DNA of 64,000 nucleotides from Eledone cirrhosa (Eukaryota), in contig OZ024742.1 of assembly GCA_964016885.1 (NCBI GenBank), forward strand, positions 44,640,001 through 44,704,000, in the 5' to 3' direction. Position numbers and translations under genes: made by a program. Each line of letters begins with the position of its first letter. Within the stretch, counting starts at the first letter, position 1. Shown piece after piece: positions 50,662 through 64,000 of this stretch. The notes under the pieces were generated by a model. It made no database searches and had not been told where the DNA came from. It saw only the letters and a list, made by a program, of their open reading frames with translations.

Positions 50662-51988
50662 CTCCCTCTGGTCGGAAACTGTTGGTGCACAGTCAAAAAA
50701 CAATTCCGGATTTTAGTTTTTTATGCCAACTCATTGCGTCGGTGTGATGAACATTTGTGTGGAGTGTGCTGAAACTAAAACATTCACTGCTTACGTTCAA
50801 AACCCATTCATAATTAAAAAAACACGACTGTTTCTACCAGAGAATAGTTAAATTTTTTCAGACCACCCGCAGAGACAAAGTGAATATGGAAAAAGAAGTG
50901 GAAAATAATATGAACAGTAAACAAAGACATGAAAAGCACGAATTAACAAACTCAGAACGAATTGTTATACATATTGATGAAAAATGGTTCTATATGACAC
51001 AAAATACAAAGAAATTCTATTTAGAGAAGAATGAATGTGTTCCGTACAGAACAACTAAAAGGAAGCGTTTTGTTACAAAGGTTATGTTTTTAGCAGCTGT
51101 AGCTTGACCACGCTGGGATTCACATCGCAAATGCTACTTTGATGGTAAGCTTGGTATTTGGCCATTTGTTACGAAAGAGGTGGCTCAACGTAAGAGTCAA
51201 AACAGGCCTGCAGGAACCATGGTCACCAAAGTCATGGATTCGGTAACAAAAGTGCAGATATGTCAATTTCTAATTGAAAAAGTCCTGGTTTCAATTCGAG
51301 AGAAATGGCCACTTGGATCCAATCGACTACCCATCAAGATTCAGCAAGACAATGCTCGGCCACACATACATCCAACAGATCCACTCCTCAAAGAAGCTAC
51401 AGAGAGATTGGGATTAAATATTGAATTGGTTTGTCAACCTCCTAACAGTCCTGACCTGAATGTGCTTGACCTAGGATACTTCAATGCCATTCAATCCCTA
51501 CAGCACCAAAAGGCCCCAAGCAATGTTGATGAGCTAATTCTAGAAGTGGAAGACAACTTCCTGAAACTACAGAGATTGAAGTTGAACAATATTTTCCTCA
51601 CATTGCAGCAGACAATGGAGCAAATTCTTTTGGTTAACGGTGGCAACAACTACACACACCAGCATATGTCAAAAGAAAAGCTTGAAAGAGATGGCAAAAT
51701 ACCAACTTCTATCTCAATTTCAGAAGAATTGCAATGTAAGCAAGATTGTATTGAATAAATCCATTTGACTTTTATTCGTTATCTTTGTTTCTTGTATCTC
51801 TTTATCCTTATTTTTTTGTACATTGTAGAATATAATGTATTACTATAACGTTAAAAATTATACATCTTTGAGTTAAATTTGTATTTTCCCTTCTACACCT
51901 AACCTAACCAACAGCAACAATTCTATGCACCACTGTTTCCGACCAACAGCAAAGGTTGTATGCACCAACTGTTCTCAACCAGAGGGAA
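50662..51988 (+). mobile_element. Tc1/mariner-superfamily DD39D transposon, internally deleted
   Basis: 28-bp imperfect TIRs CTCCCTCTGGTCGGAAACTGTTGGTGCA / TGCACCAACTGTTCTCAACCAGAGGGAA, TA on both sides, inserted in a SINE family 3 copy. Confidence 0.93.
50960..51758 (+). pseudogene. DD39D transposase catalytic domain
   Basis: IHIDEKWFY, KVMFLAAVA*PRWD (TGA at 51105, probably from CGA), FDGKLGIWPF, QQDNARPH, QPPNSPDLNVLD; 39 residues counted between the 2nd and 3rd Asp. Confidence 0.93.
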
Positions 51989-54149
51989 TATTAGTTAACC
52001 TGAGGTTATAGTAGAAGACATGTGTTTAAGATGCCTTACAAATGGTTGGAAAGTGAACTTTTTAACCACACAGCCATACCTGGGACTGTGTTAATGAAAA
52101 TACTTTTGTAACACAAGCAAGTTATGAAGAATGTATGCTAATGTAAGAGAAACCATACACATCTCCCCCCCCTCTCCCCCCCCTCTCTCTCTCTCTCTCA
52201 ATCAAAGCATGAAGGGGCCAAAGAAGGAATGTTCACATCATGGCCCTACCAAACCTTACATCAATATTCCATAGACACAACAAGACAGAAACATTCATCC
52301 AAATTTGAAAAATTATCTATTTAGGAATGTTAGAAATCATATGTAGATATTGAAAACTATTCATGATAAAAAAAAAACATCTATGTGTAACAAAGAAGGT
52401 TCTTTATTTTGTCAAGAACATGACAACTTCCCCATTGCTGATGCTACAATCAAATGTACTAAGTACATTCTGTAAAGTTGTTGACCTTAGGAAGAGCATC
52501 TTGTCATAGAAATTACAGTGAAATTCACGGGGGTATAAAAAAAAGTTCATTATAACAAAAAATTCTTTATAACGAGATCGAGTGAAACACATTTGTTATA
52601 CTAAAGATTTCATTATAATGGTATTTGTTACAATGGAATTTTACCTGTATACCCCAAATTGGAACATACTAGCTAGATGTGGTACTTTCACCCATCTATG
52701 GGAGTAGTGGCTCTGAATAAAAACTGATTCAAATTGTAACAACCAGTCCAGCCCATGCTAGCTTGAAAAGTAGATATAAAATAAATTATATTTGAAGAAT
52801 CATGCATTGAAAATTGCATTACTATTTTCTTCCATTTACTGATGCCATGACAATATATACCCACAACACTGTGTAAGGTTTCTGGCATTAGGAAGGGCAT
52901 CCAATCATAGAAGCCACACAAAAAAAAGGGTCGAGAAGACTCTTAATTCAAGAACATGACAACCTCTCTTGTGCTGGTGTCACAATAAAATGCGCCCAGT
53001 ACATGTTAGAAAGGGCATCCAGTTTTAGAAACCATGACAATATTGGTATGCATGTAAGAGAGATGTGGCCTTGGCCTGTCAAGGAGGACAGTAGTTCTGA
53101 TTAAGGTCTTGATCTGTAGTGACCCGGCTAGTCCATGATAATATGAAAAAGCAGATGTAAAATGATGACAATGATGATGATAACGATAATGATGACTGAT
53201 GTGAATAGCTTTTTTTTCAATACTAAATTTAGTCAAGAACCATTTGCATACTAAACTCGGGGATACAAATCTTATAAACACACTAAGAACTGCTGCATCA
53301 TCAGCTCTCTATAATATATCTGACATTTTTAAAGCAAAGCAAAATCAATCTTCTCATTAAGATACAAAGTAAGAAGTTTAATTAAATTTGAAACATTATA
53401 GACTGTGCATCATTGATTGGCAGAATCTTTGATCTTTCAGTATTTAAAACATTAAATGTTTAGTATGATAGTGTGTATATCCATGAATTTGTAAACTTAG
53501 CAATATTCTTTTACTTTCTTTTATTCATTTATTGCTTTCAGTCATTAGAATGTCGTTATGCAGAGTCACTAGCTTGAAGACATTTAGTCATTCATATCAA
53601 CCTCAGTACTTAGTTTTTCAAGTCTGGTTCTTATTTTATCAATCTCTTCACATTTTAACTCTTACATTTCATATTTCACATGGTTTCTACAGCTGGATGC
53701 CTCTCCTAACACCAACCAATTTACAGTATTTACTGGGTTGTACTGAATGCATTTTATCATGCCACCAATACAAGAGATGCTGTCAAATCCATGAGGGGAT
53801 CAAAGAGTACCCTTTACCTTATATTGTCTTGCATATCATTGATATCAATAGCAGAAAGTTTGTTTCATCCCTTTGAAACTAAAGGGACCTCTCTGCTTCA
53901 TGTAATCTTCTATCTCTTGAAATTCTTTACTTTAGTGTCACTGTACTTATGCTGGTGGATAGATCTTTTTGTATTATGTCACCAGTCAGTTCAGTCCTGT
54001 GTCATTTCAATTAGATTCGATTTCTTGATATGAAAATATTTAATACCTTTGATACCAACCCACCTAAAACCAATTCAATTCTATGAGACAAACCACCCCT
54101 TTTAAAGGGTTCCAATTTAAATTGAAACCTTCATTAAAAAACTGCAACA

Positions 54150-57131
54150 ACTCTGGGAAACTAAACCAGAACAACCTGCCATCCTCTACACACCATCATA
54201 AACTGCAAGCAGAGTAAAAATTGTTGTCCTTAAATGCTCGCAGTTTATGCAACAAGATACATCTGTTTAACTCCTACGTCAGAAGCATCGACCCTGACTT
54301 CATCACAGTCACGGAAACATGGGTACATTCCTTACTCTGTGATGGGGTTTTCAGCATTACTGGGTACAACCTTTTCCGCAAGGACCGCATTAATCGCCGT
54401 GGTGGTGGTGTGATGGTCTACGTTCGTTCAAACTTTTTGGTAATTCCTTGCATTGATTTGAACGAATCACAAGAAGTTTTTTTTTGTGACATACGTATGA
54501 CCATATCAACACTTCTGCTTGGTGTTGTTTATTGTCCCCCAAACTACCATCAGGACACACAGCTTTGCGATATCCTCAGAGCTGCTGCCAGGAAAACAGC
54601 CACTTATGTGTTTATCGCAGGTAACTTCAATCATCCTGAGATCGTTTGGGAAACCTTTTGTTGGCCACAAAGTGCAAACGATTTCCTTGAGCTAGTGCTG
54701 GACTCAAACTGGTCACAAGTAGTCACCTCTCCAACAAGAGATGACAACACTTTGGACCTGATCTTCACCACTACTCCTGAAGTGGTTATCAGTTATACTA
54801 CTGAGGAACCTCTAGGCGACTCTGATCATGCTATGATCATTGCCAATCTGGCTCTTGCGGGCAGCAACAAAAACCAGAACCATCTCCAATCTGCTTGCTT
54901 TGATAGGAAGAAAGCAGATTGGAACTTGTACTGCACTGAACTACAACGCCCAAACTGGCATGAGTTCTGTAACTCTGGATATGTGAACACTATACTCCAG
55001 AGCATCCTGGACTCAATATGGATAGCATGTGCAGCATCGGTGCCACGTAAGCAGAAAAAAAACACTCCAAAAGTGCAATTTGGGAAACTTCAGCAGTCCG
55101 ACTTACCAGGAAAGAACGTCGGAGCGCTGAACGGGAATATAAACTGCATAAATCAGATGCCAACAGAAAAAAGCGAAATAAATCTTCTAACCATCTCAAG
55201 CAAGAGATAAAAACGGCAGTGCTTGAATTTGAACAGTGCATAGCAACCAATCTTGACAGTAAGGTGTTCTGGAAATATGTTCATTCAAAACAGAGACCTC
55301 ACTCTCCAGTTGGTCCTCTTCGCAATCCCCACACAAGCCAGATCACTGACGATGCCAAAGAATGCGCAGAACTCATTGCTGAGTGCTATGCAAGCATTTT
55401 TACTGTTGAAAACCAGAATGTACCATCTCCACCATCTCTAACATCAAATTCCATAACAACTATGGAATTTACACCTGCAATGTTGCGACGTCACCTTAAG
55501 AATAAGTGCAACTATGCCTCCCCTGGTCTTGATGGTGTTACATACCTGCTTCTCAAACGTGGCGGGTATTTCCTTTTGCACCAGCTTTCTTTCTTCTTTC
55601 AATATTGCCTCAACAATGGTGCTACTCCGGAGCAGTGGAAAACTGCCAGTGTTATTCCCCTGTTCAAAAAGGGCGACCGCGCGTCACCTGTCAACTATCA
55701 TCCAGTCAGTCTTATTAGCTGTATTGCCAAACTGATGGAATCCTGTGTCAAAGAAACACTTTGGAACTTCTGGAGCTCTTGGCCCTCGCTGTTTGGATTT
55801 ATCCCTAACTCCAGCTGCTGTGATCAGCTTATCGAGTTCCTTGAAGACATTACCCGGATCACTGACAGCGGCTCATGGGTGGATGTTGTTTACCTTGACT
55901 TCGCTAAGGCTTTTAATTCTGTGCCACACAAAAGACTTATGGCAAAACTCTCTGCAATGGGTGTGAGGGATGATCTTTTTAACTGGTTGAAATCCTTCAT
56001 TCTCAGCCGAAAAGAGGTAGTCACGGTTCTAGGACAGCATTCTTCACCATATGAGATGTCATCTGGTGTACCACATGGATCTGTTCTTGGTCCCCTTTTG
56101 TTTGTGGCATATATTAATGACATAGATGCCAACTTAAAGAATGCCACGGTACTGAAATATGCAGATGACATCAAGCTGTACCTTGAAATCAAAAGGACTG
56201 ATCCTGAAATCTACAACTCTTTCCTACAATCAGACCTGGACACAATGCAGCAATGGATCACAGACTGGCAACTGAAGCTGGCTGTGGACAAGTGTACCAC
56301 CATGCATTTTGGGAGGAAAAATCCAGCGTCCACATACTCCCTCCACAACACTGATATCAAGAAGTCCTCTTGTGAACGTGACATGGGCATAACTGTCAGC
56401 AGCGATTTGCATTGGACAAAGCATGTCTCTAAGATTGTCAAGAAAGCCGAGGGTGTCTTGGCATCACTCAGCAAGATCTTTGTTAGCCGCTCTCCAGCCA
56501 TCTATTTAAAGCTGTATACAGCTATGGTACGACCACACTTGGAATTCGCATCATCAGTCTGGAACCCCTATCTTTCTCAGAACATTGATCTCCTGGAAAC
56601 TGTTCAGAGACATGCAACCAAGCGCATACCCTCCATCAGATACCTACCATACTCTGAATGTCTTGCTTCCCTGGGCATGGATTCATTGAAGCTCCAACAT
56701 CTGGCAATGGACTTGGTAAACACCCACAAAGTTATTAACCATCTCTCCAACAACAACCCTGAGCACCTTTTTGATCTCCATGTGTCTAACACACATGGAC
56801 ATGCCTACAAAATCAGAAAACAGCACAGTTCCCATGACTTTCGGAAACATTTTTTCACGCTCAGAGTTGCTGAAGCATGGAACAAACTGCCTGCGTCAGT
56901 TGTTAGCTGCCGAGACACTGCATCCTTTAAGACACTCATACTTCCCGAAATTCGCCAAAACTACACCTGATGTACCCCTTCCATACACATGCACACATGT
57001 GTATATCATGACTCATGCACTGTTCATTTTCCTGACATTTGTGCATTACCCTATGTACTATACATACACTTTTTGATGAGTTGTAGTGCACCTGAGCACT
57101 GTACACAATATTTCATTATTATTATTATTAT
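54150..57131 (+). mobile_element. CR1-type LINE (ORF2 region plus 3' UTR)
   Basis: APE and RT domains, 3' hairpin GTTGTAGTGCACCTGAGCACTGTACAC, (ATT)n tail. Confidence 0.93.
54221..56970 (+). pseudogene. CR1-type ORF2 (APE 54221-~55070, frameshift in an A run, RT to 56970)
   Basis: LNARSL, VTETW, RRGGGV, GNFN, PTR..LDL, SDH; PLFKKG..NYHPVSL, YLDFAKAFNSV, SGVPHGSVLGP, YADD, VRPHLEF, FFTLRVAEAWNKLP; several catalytic-motif substitutions. Confidence 0.92.
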
Positions 57132-57134
57132 AAT

Positions 57135-57312
57135 ATCGGTAGCGGGTCGGACACCATACTTTGGAGCATAGTTACCTCCCTTTATGATCTGAGTTCAAAT
57201 CCCGCCGAGGTTAACTTTGCCTTTCATCCTTACGGGGCCGATAAAATAAAGTACCAGTAATGTACTGAGTAATTGCTGGCCTTGTGCCAAAAGTAGAAAC
57301 AATTATTATTAT
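57135..57312 (+). mobile_element. SINE family 1 inserted at the CR1 (ATT)n tail
   Basis: GAGTTCAAATCCCGCCGAGGTTAACTTTGCCTTTCATCCTTACGGGGCCGATAAA; tail GAAACAATTATTATT. Confidence 0.88.
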
Positions 57313-57329
57313 TATAATTTTATATAAGA

Positions 57330-57615
57330 ACCATGACTTTTGGAAACATTTTTTCATGCTCATACACAAACTACCTGCATCAGTTGTTAGCTGTCAGGAC
57401 ACTGCATCCTCCAAAACTTCCATCAGTACTTCGCCAACAGTACATCTGATGTTCCCCCTCCATACACACAGACACATGTGTCTGTATCTATATCAGGATT
57501 CATACACTGTTCACTTTCCTGACATTTGTACATTATTCTGCGTACTATACATGCACCTTTGATGAGTTGTAGTGCTCCTGAGTACTATACATAATTTTCA
57601 TTATATTATTATTAT
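57330..57615 (+). mobile_element. Older CR1 3' fragment
   Basis: Diverged copy of 56832-57130. Confidence 0.85.
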
Positions 57616-57839
57616 GTTATTATATTAAGTTAATAATGAAATAATTAAATATTTTAGTAAATCTTTCCCAAATTCTTCATGAATTATGTTAAATAGAGTC
57701 CTACCCATGCTAACGTGGAAGATGGATGTTAAACGATGACGAGAGTGCATTTCATTAGATATACGGTAACAACAGAGTTGATTGATATATATATATCACC
57801 ATCATCATTTCGGTTTAACATCAATTTTTCCACACTTAT

Positions 57840-59988
57840 ATCATCATCATCATCATCATCGTTTAACGTCCATCTTCCACGCTTGCATGGGTTTGGACGG
57901 GAGTTTTCCCACTTGAGGCAAGATTGGTTGTCTTGCTCGCATAGGACTGTCTGGCGGGTTTTCTACGGCTGGATGCCCTTCCTAACACCAACCACGTTTA
58001 CAGTGTGGACTGGGAGGTTTTTACCGTGTTACCTACACGGCCACATTACAGCGTGGACTGTGTGTTTTTTTGTCGTGACACCTACACGACCTCATTTGTT
58101 TCGGACTGGATGTTGTGGTACCAACATAACTTTACATTGAAAGGGGTGGTGTGGATGGGGTGGGGGTAGTGGGACGGGGTGTATTTTGATAAAGGTGCCT
58201 ACTGACTGTAGTAGGTTTCACTTTGTACTTAGGTAAGGCGGGTCTTCTGTATTACTGTGTAGCACCAAAGATCTCGGTCCAGTGTAAGTGTGTGAGGTCG
58301 GAATTTATCAAGTCGTCCCAGGTTTTTCTGGGTCTGCCTACTCTGTGGCTACCGTCTATTTTTATTGCCCTGCACTTTTTTATACAGCTGTAGTCTTCCA
58401 TGTGCATCACGTGACCGTACCAATGTAGTCTTCTCTCGAGTAAACAGCATCTGATCCCTCTTATTTCTAATTTCTCCCTTAGTTCATTTATGCTTTGCTG
58501 TTCACGTATATTACTATTACACATCAAGCGGAGCATGCATGCTTCGTTTCTCTCCAGTCTGCGTATATCCTCTGCACACAATGCCCAGGTCTCACTGCCA
58601 TGCAACATTGCTGTTCGTATGCAGGCATCATACAGCCTGCCTTTCATTTTTAGAGAGAACCCTTTAGCGGCCAATAGTGGTATAAGCTCTCTGAACTTTT
58701 TCCATCCCGTTCTGACTCTAGCTACAGTACTTTCGGAGCACCCTCCACCACTGCTGATTTTGTCACCCAGGTAACGGAAGGTGTCCACTATTTCTATAGA
58801 ACCATCTGTGCAATGGAATGAGCTAGTATTCTGTGGGCACTTGCTGCTACTTATTGCACCAGAGCACCGGCCACATATAAAATTTATATTCTTAGTTAGC
58901 TTACCTGTGATCCCACTACATCTTTTATGCACCCATACTTTGCATTTGGGACATAAAATGGAGTTTCTGCCTACTCCTTTCCTACACACTGAGCATGGCA
59001 ATTTCCCAGATGGGACTGGTGCCCTATTTTCCTTCCTACAAACTAGAACTTTAGTCTTAGCCAGGTTAATTTTAAGTCCTTTTGACTCTAGGCCGTGCTT
59101 CCATGTTTGGAATTTCTTCTCTAGTTCGGCCATTGATTCAGCTATGAGTGTTAGATCATCTGCGTATAGGAGTTCCCATGGGCAGCCGGTCTTGAACTCC
59201 TCTGTTATAGCCTGAAGGGCAATAATAAATAGGAGGGGGCTAAGAACGGAGCCCTGATGAACACCAACTTTTACGCTAAACTCTTCACTATATTCGTTGT
59301 TAATTCTAACCTTGCTGACTGTTTCTTTATACATGGCTTGTATAGCTCTCACAAGCCATTCATCAACACCTAGTTTTCTAAGAGCCCACCAGATAATGGA
59401 ACAGGGACTCTGTCGAAAGCTTTCTCCAAGTCGACAAAAGCTAAGTATAGGGTTTACTTTTAGCTAGGTACTTCTCCTGTAGTTGTCGTACAATGAAAAG
59501 AGCGTCTGTGGTACTTTTACCTGACACAAACCCGAACTGCATTTCATCTAGATCAATTCTCTCTCTGATTAGTTGCGCTATTACTTTTTCTGTGACCTTC
59601 ATGACCTGGTCGATTAATTTAATGCCTCTATAGTTACTCCTATCTAGGGCGTCTCCTTTACCCTTATAGCAGTTAATGATGATGCTGCTACGCCAGTCCT
59701 TCGGAACAACCCCATTCTGTATGACTTGGTTTACTATCCGGGTGATCATGGTGTGTCCCACCGTTCCAGAAGCTTTCAGCATTTCAGCAACTATTTCCGA
59801 AGGCCTAGCCGCCTTACCCGTCTTCATATCTTTGATTGCCTTACTTATTATACTACCTTCGACTAACACTGCTGGTCCCTCTATTGGGTCGATGTGGGGG
59901 AGACTGTCTTTCTCCCATTTATTCTCCTCATTTAGTAGCCTTTCATAGTGACACTTCCCAGCTATCTTCTCATCAACGTCAGTGATGG

Positions 59989-59990
<2 letters not shown>
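57840..59990 (-). mobile_element. RTE LINE subfamily a, 5'-truncated and frameshifted
   Basis: ORFs 59441-59869 and 58252-59352 are consecutive RT pieces; a short deletion near 58281; (GAT)n tail; 5' end abuts (TA)n. Confidence 0.95.
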
Positions 59991-60043
<53 letters not shown>

Positions 60044-60600
60044 CTTGCATTGTATGGGTAGGACTGAAATGAAAAGAGATTGAGATTTTTCTCTATTTCA
60101 GCAATAACTTGCTGCCAGCCAGCCTGTTCACCACCCAGCCACCCTGTCCATCATCAAGCCAGCTTATTTATTTATTTATATTTATTACCAAGAATCATCT
60201 TCTTTCTGAGTCTCACCCAATCTGTCCCTGTCTTCCACTCCATCCACTGTCAGCTGCCCTTCCCTCAACTACATGCCACCACCACCTACACCAACCAACT
60301 TCATCACCACTTACACCACCCAACTCTACCACCACCAACAGGAACAGCAACACCTACACACCAACCACCACAACAACAATGACATCACCTATACACCACC
60401 ACCACAACAACACCTACATGCTACCACCTCAACCAATCAAATAACCAGCTAACAAACCAATCAACCTACCGACCAGCCAGTATTCATTATTGATTCATTC
60501 AAATATTGCTGGAATCGGAAATACTAGATCATATTTTGCTTCTGAGACTTTTCTTTTTTATTTATTAAACCTTTTTTTTATGCATTGTATTTGTGTGGTT

Positions 60601-61018
60601 AGTGATTTGATCTGAGACCATATGTTAAAGCTAAAGTAATTACATTGTGGAAGAATCATTTTAGCCATAGTTGTACTTGTCTATTAAGTGACTTGATCTG
60701 AGATCCTGTGTATTGAAACTAAAGTAATTACATTGTGGAAGAGTCATTTTAGCCATGGTTGTACTTGTTTATTAAGTGACTTAATCTGAGATCCTGTGTA
60801 TTGAAACTAAAGTAATTACATTGTGGAAGAGTCATTTTAGCCATGGTTGTACTTGTCTTGTCTAGTGACTTGATCTGAGATCCTTTGTATTGAAACTAAA
60901 GTAATTACACTGTGGAAGAGTCATTTTAGCCATGGTTGTAATTGTCTATTAAGTGACTTGATCTGAGATCCTTTGTATTTAAACTAAAGTAATTACACTG
61001 TGGAAGAGTCATTTTAGC
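60601..61018. repeat. ~88-bp tandem repeat, ~4.7 copies
   Basis: GTGACTTGATCTGAGATCCTGTGTATTGAAACTAAAGTAATTACATTGTGGAAGAGTCATTTTAGCCATGGTTGTACTTGT repeated. Confidence 0.93.
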
Positions 61019-62092
61019 AATTTAAAAAAAAATATTGAAAAACTGTTATATTCAGTGTTTATGAGTTTTTAAAAATATATTTTGAATATTTTAAATTTGT
61101 TTTTTTATTGTTCTTGTTGTGGTTGATTCTTAGTATTCTTATGGTACCACATAGTAAGATAACACCTGAAACCACATAGTTATGAAGTGTATGTATGTAA
61201 AACAATGGTATATATATCTCATCATCATCACTGTTTTACATCCATTTTTCCATGCTTGCATGGGTGTTTTTCATCTGTTTCTCCATGCTGGAATTGTTTG
61301 GACAGGTCTGCCCCAGCAGCACATTATCTTGCTCCTCCTGATATGCCCCCTGCTGGAACACCCCTGCACAGCATTGGACTTGGCAGAGTTTAATGGCAAA
61401 GGACAGTAATGTGTTCAGCTGTGGTGGAACCACATCTAGCCAAGCTTTGTAGCTGACACTCTTGTGAACTCGATAAGAAGAAGAATTATCTTCCTACATA
61501 ATGAAGTCCTTCATTATTTTATACATGGGAAGGAAGGACCACTGTTGGTTTTAATAAGAGTTCCAGTTGCTTGATCAGCAGAACAACTTACTCATAAAGT
61601 TAATATGTATGTGACTGAGCCTTTGATAGACACGTGCACCCTTAACGTAATTCTCAAGGAGATTCGCCATGACACAGTATGACAAGTTTGTCCCTTTGAA
61701 TTAGAAGTATAGTCTATCTGACAGGCTTCCAAGCAGTTTTCATCTATTCAGTTTTACTCACAAGGCATGGGTTGAACCAAGGCTGTGGTCAATAACACTT
61801 GTCCAAGACACGACTTAGTAAGATTGAACTTGAGACCGAGTGATTGTAAAACAAACTTCTTAACTATTCAGCCATGCTGCATCCACATCTGACCCAAACA
61901 CCAACCGTGAAAACCATCAATCTTTCTAGTTGTATATAAGGTTGTTCTTATTACTCACTCTTTTACAGCATTGAGTGGAAGAATTTTATCATATCATGCC
62001 ATCAGTAGCACACTGTTACCTTCTATCAATTTCTATTTAGAGTTACTACTCTCTTAGTTGAGTAACTCTATTGCTATTAGAGGAGCCTGTCT

Positions 62093-63113
62093 CATCATCA
62101 TCATCATCACCGTTTTACGTCCGTTCTTCCACGCTAGCATGGGTTAGACGGGTTGTCCTGTTGTGTGCAGTGTCTGGTCGGCTGACCATGCCTTGCTCAT
62201 ATAGGAACTGATCTGGCTTGATTTCTACAGCTGGATGCCCTTCCTAACACCAACCTCATTTACAGTGAGTGCTGGGTGCTTTTTCGTGGCGCCTACACGT
62301 CCACTTTACAGTGTGGGCTGGGTGCTTTTTTGCCGTGGCACCTCCACGACCACCTTGCGGTGGGGGGTGTGGGGGCATATTGTTTATATGCTTCAGCATG
62401 TACCCATGGGAGGTCGGGTACTCTGTATTACTGCGTGACGCCAGAAGTCCCGGTCGTGTGTCATTGTCTTTGAGAGGTGTAATTGGGTAAGGTCGGCTTT
62501 TATCACCTCATCCCAGGTCATCTTGGGTCTCCCCACTCCGCGGTTTCCATCAACTTCTAGTGCTCTGCACCTTTTTATGCAGCTGTCATCCTTCATACGC
62601 ATCACATGTCCATACCAGCGCAACCGCCTCTCCTGCACACAGCATTTGATTCCTCTTATGCTCAGTCTCTCTCTCAATTCATTTATGCTTTGTCGTTCAC
62701 GTATATTACTGTTACACATCCATCGGAGCATGCAGGCTTCATTTCTCTCTAATCTACGTAAGTCTTCCACCTTCAGCGCCCAGGTCTCACTACCATGCAA
62801 CATCGCTGTTCGGATACACGCATCATACAGTCTGCCTTTCATTCTGAGGGAGAAGCCTTTTGCAGCTAGCAGTGGTAGTAGTTCCCTAAACTTCTTCCAT
62901 CCCGTTCTTACCCTAGTTATTGTACTTTCTGAACACCCACCTCCGTTGCTAATTCGGTCACCTAGGTAGCAGAAGCTCTCTACTGTTTCTACAGGGCCCT
63001 CCCAGAGATTGGTGGTACTTGTTTCCTGTGGCTGTTTGCTGCTTGCTGTACCAGCACAGCTAGTGCATGTGAATCCTACATTCTTAATTAAGCTTCCTGA
63101 GATCCCGCTTCAT
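62093..63113 (-). mobile_element. RTE LINE subfamily b 3' fragment
   Basis: Near-identical reverse complement of ~43732-44743. Confidence 0.95.
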
Positions 63114-63621
63114 GTGATTACAAAAAAGTTATTTTTTGTATATTGTTGGACTTGTTTCGAGTGCTGAAATTCCTAGACAGGTTGCCTTCACTATATAATC
63201 GGGATAGTTTAGCTATCATGAAAGCTCACAGTCACAATGTAACTCTTTTGATACCAAACCACCTGAAACTAACCTGAATTTATTATACAAAACTACTTAT
63301 TTCAAAATATTTATACTTAAATTAAATCCTTTCATCACTATTATATTTTCAAAATTTTTATTAAGCAATATTCTAATTATCAGCCCGTTAATGAAAAACT
63401 TAGTTGTTTTATTAGATTATTCCAATTTTTAAAATTATTTTCTGGGTTATGAAATACACTGTCTACTATGTAATACATAGTAGACAGTGTATTTCATTAG
63501 AAATATAACGATGAAAGGCTGTTGGAAAAAATGTTTGTCTCCCTGATTTTAGGATAAAAGGGAGAGAGATTGTAGTAGTGGTTTGAGGCTGTTGGGAATG
63601 AGGATGTCTCATATTTGTTAG

Positions 63622-63817
63622 TAATAATTGTTTCTACTTTTGGCACAAGGCCAGCAATTATCTCAGTGTATTACTAGTACTTTATTTTATCGACCCCGTA
63701 AGGAGGAAAGGCAAAGTTAACCTCAGCGGGATTTGAACTCGGACCATAAAGGGCCGTAACACTTTGCTGCAAAGCATGGCGTCCGACCCTCTACCGATAC
63801 TGCCAATCTACCGCTCT
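63622..63817 (-). mobile_element. SINE family 1, full-length
   Basis: Minus strand AGAGCGGTAGATTGGCAGTATCGGTAGAGGGTCGGACGCCATGCTTTGCAGC..GAGTTCAAATCC..tail (TTA)n. Confidence 0.9.
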
Positions 63818-64000
63818 TTTTTAGTAATGATTCAAAACCATAAACTCAGCTCCATTGTAGGCCCCTAAGGTAATGTTGACTGCTTCTCCATGCTGTTTTT
63901 TCATCCAACATTCAGTGTTGTTAAATAAGAGTGGATGTCTAGAAAGTGTCATAGTTTAGAACTAGTCTGCTATCATGATTGTGTGCTTAGATGCAGTTCA

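Noticed and set aside
51105-51107. In-frame TGA in the DD39D transposase as possible read-through
   Set aside because: It sits at a conserved Arg (VARPR); CGA>TGA decay in an internally deleted copy is the simpler explanation.
52515-52650. pogo/Tigger-like terminus with repeated TTCATTATAAC motifs
   Set aside because: Too degenerate to define TIR pairs or a TSD with confidence.

Overview
Repeat-dominated eukaryotic (animal) genomic DNA with no recognisable host gene. The mix of tRNA-derived SINEs, RTE LINEs with (GAT)n tails and huge (TA)n tracts suggests an octopod cephalopod, but that is inference from pattern recognition, not a database result. Contents: (i) GT-rich and other minisatellites, one made from a SINE head and one from an RTE 3' UTR; (ii) at least five distinct Penelope-like element (PLE) families of the Naiad type (ADKT/YRDD reverse transcriptase plus C-terminal GIY-YIG endonuclease), including a young, nearly intact copy at 14216-19154 with 732-bp pseudo-LTRs; (iii) 14 type I hammerhead ribozyme (HHR) motifs from about 8 sequence families, read directly from the sequence, plus a 100-bp palindrome made from half a hammerhead; (iv) several RTE LINEs carrying a PHD-like finger, a CR1-type LINE, three SINE families, a hAT MITE, mariner scraps and a DD39D Tc1/mariner transposon. 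Most long ORFs in the track (HTHT, YIYI, MASDPLP, LDHSYSLRH types) are translations of repeats. The most novel-looking signals are the dense HHR/PLE cluster with covariation, the HHR stem-II fold-back palindrome, a GC-rich multibranch RNA domain in the Naiad 3' UTR, a 34x A-box SINE-head array, and a short RTE-derived element with an HDV-like pairing order. All RNA structures were folded by eye.
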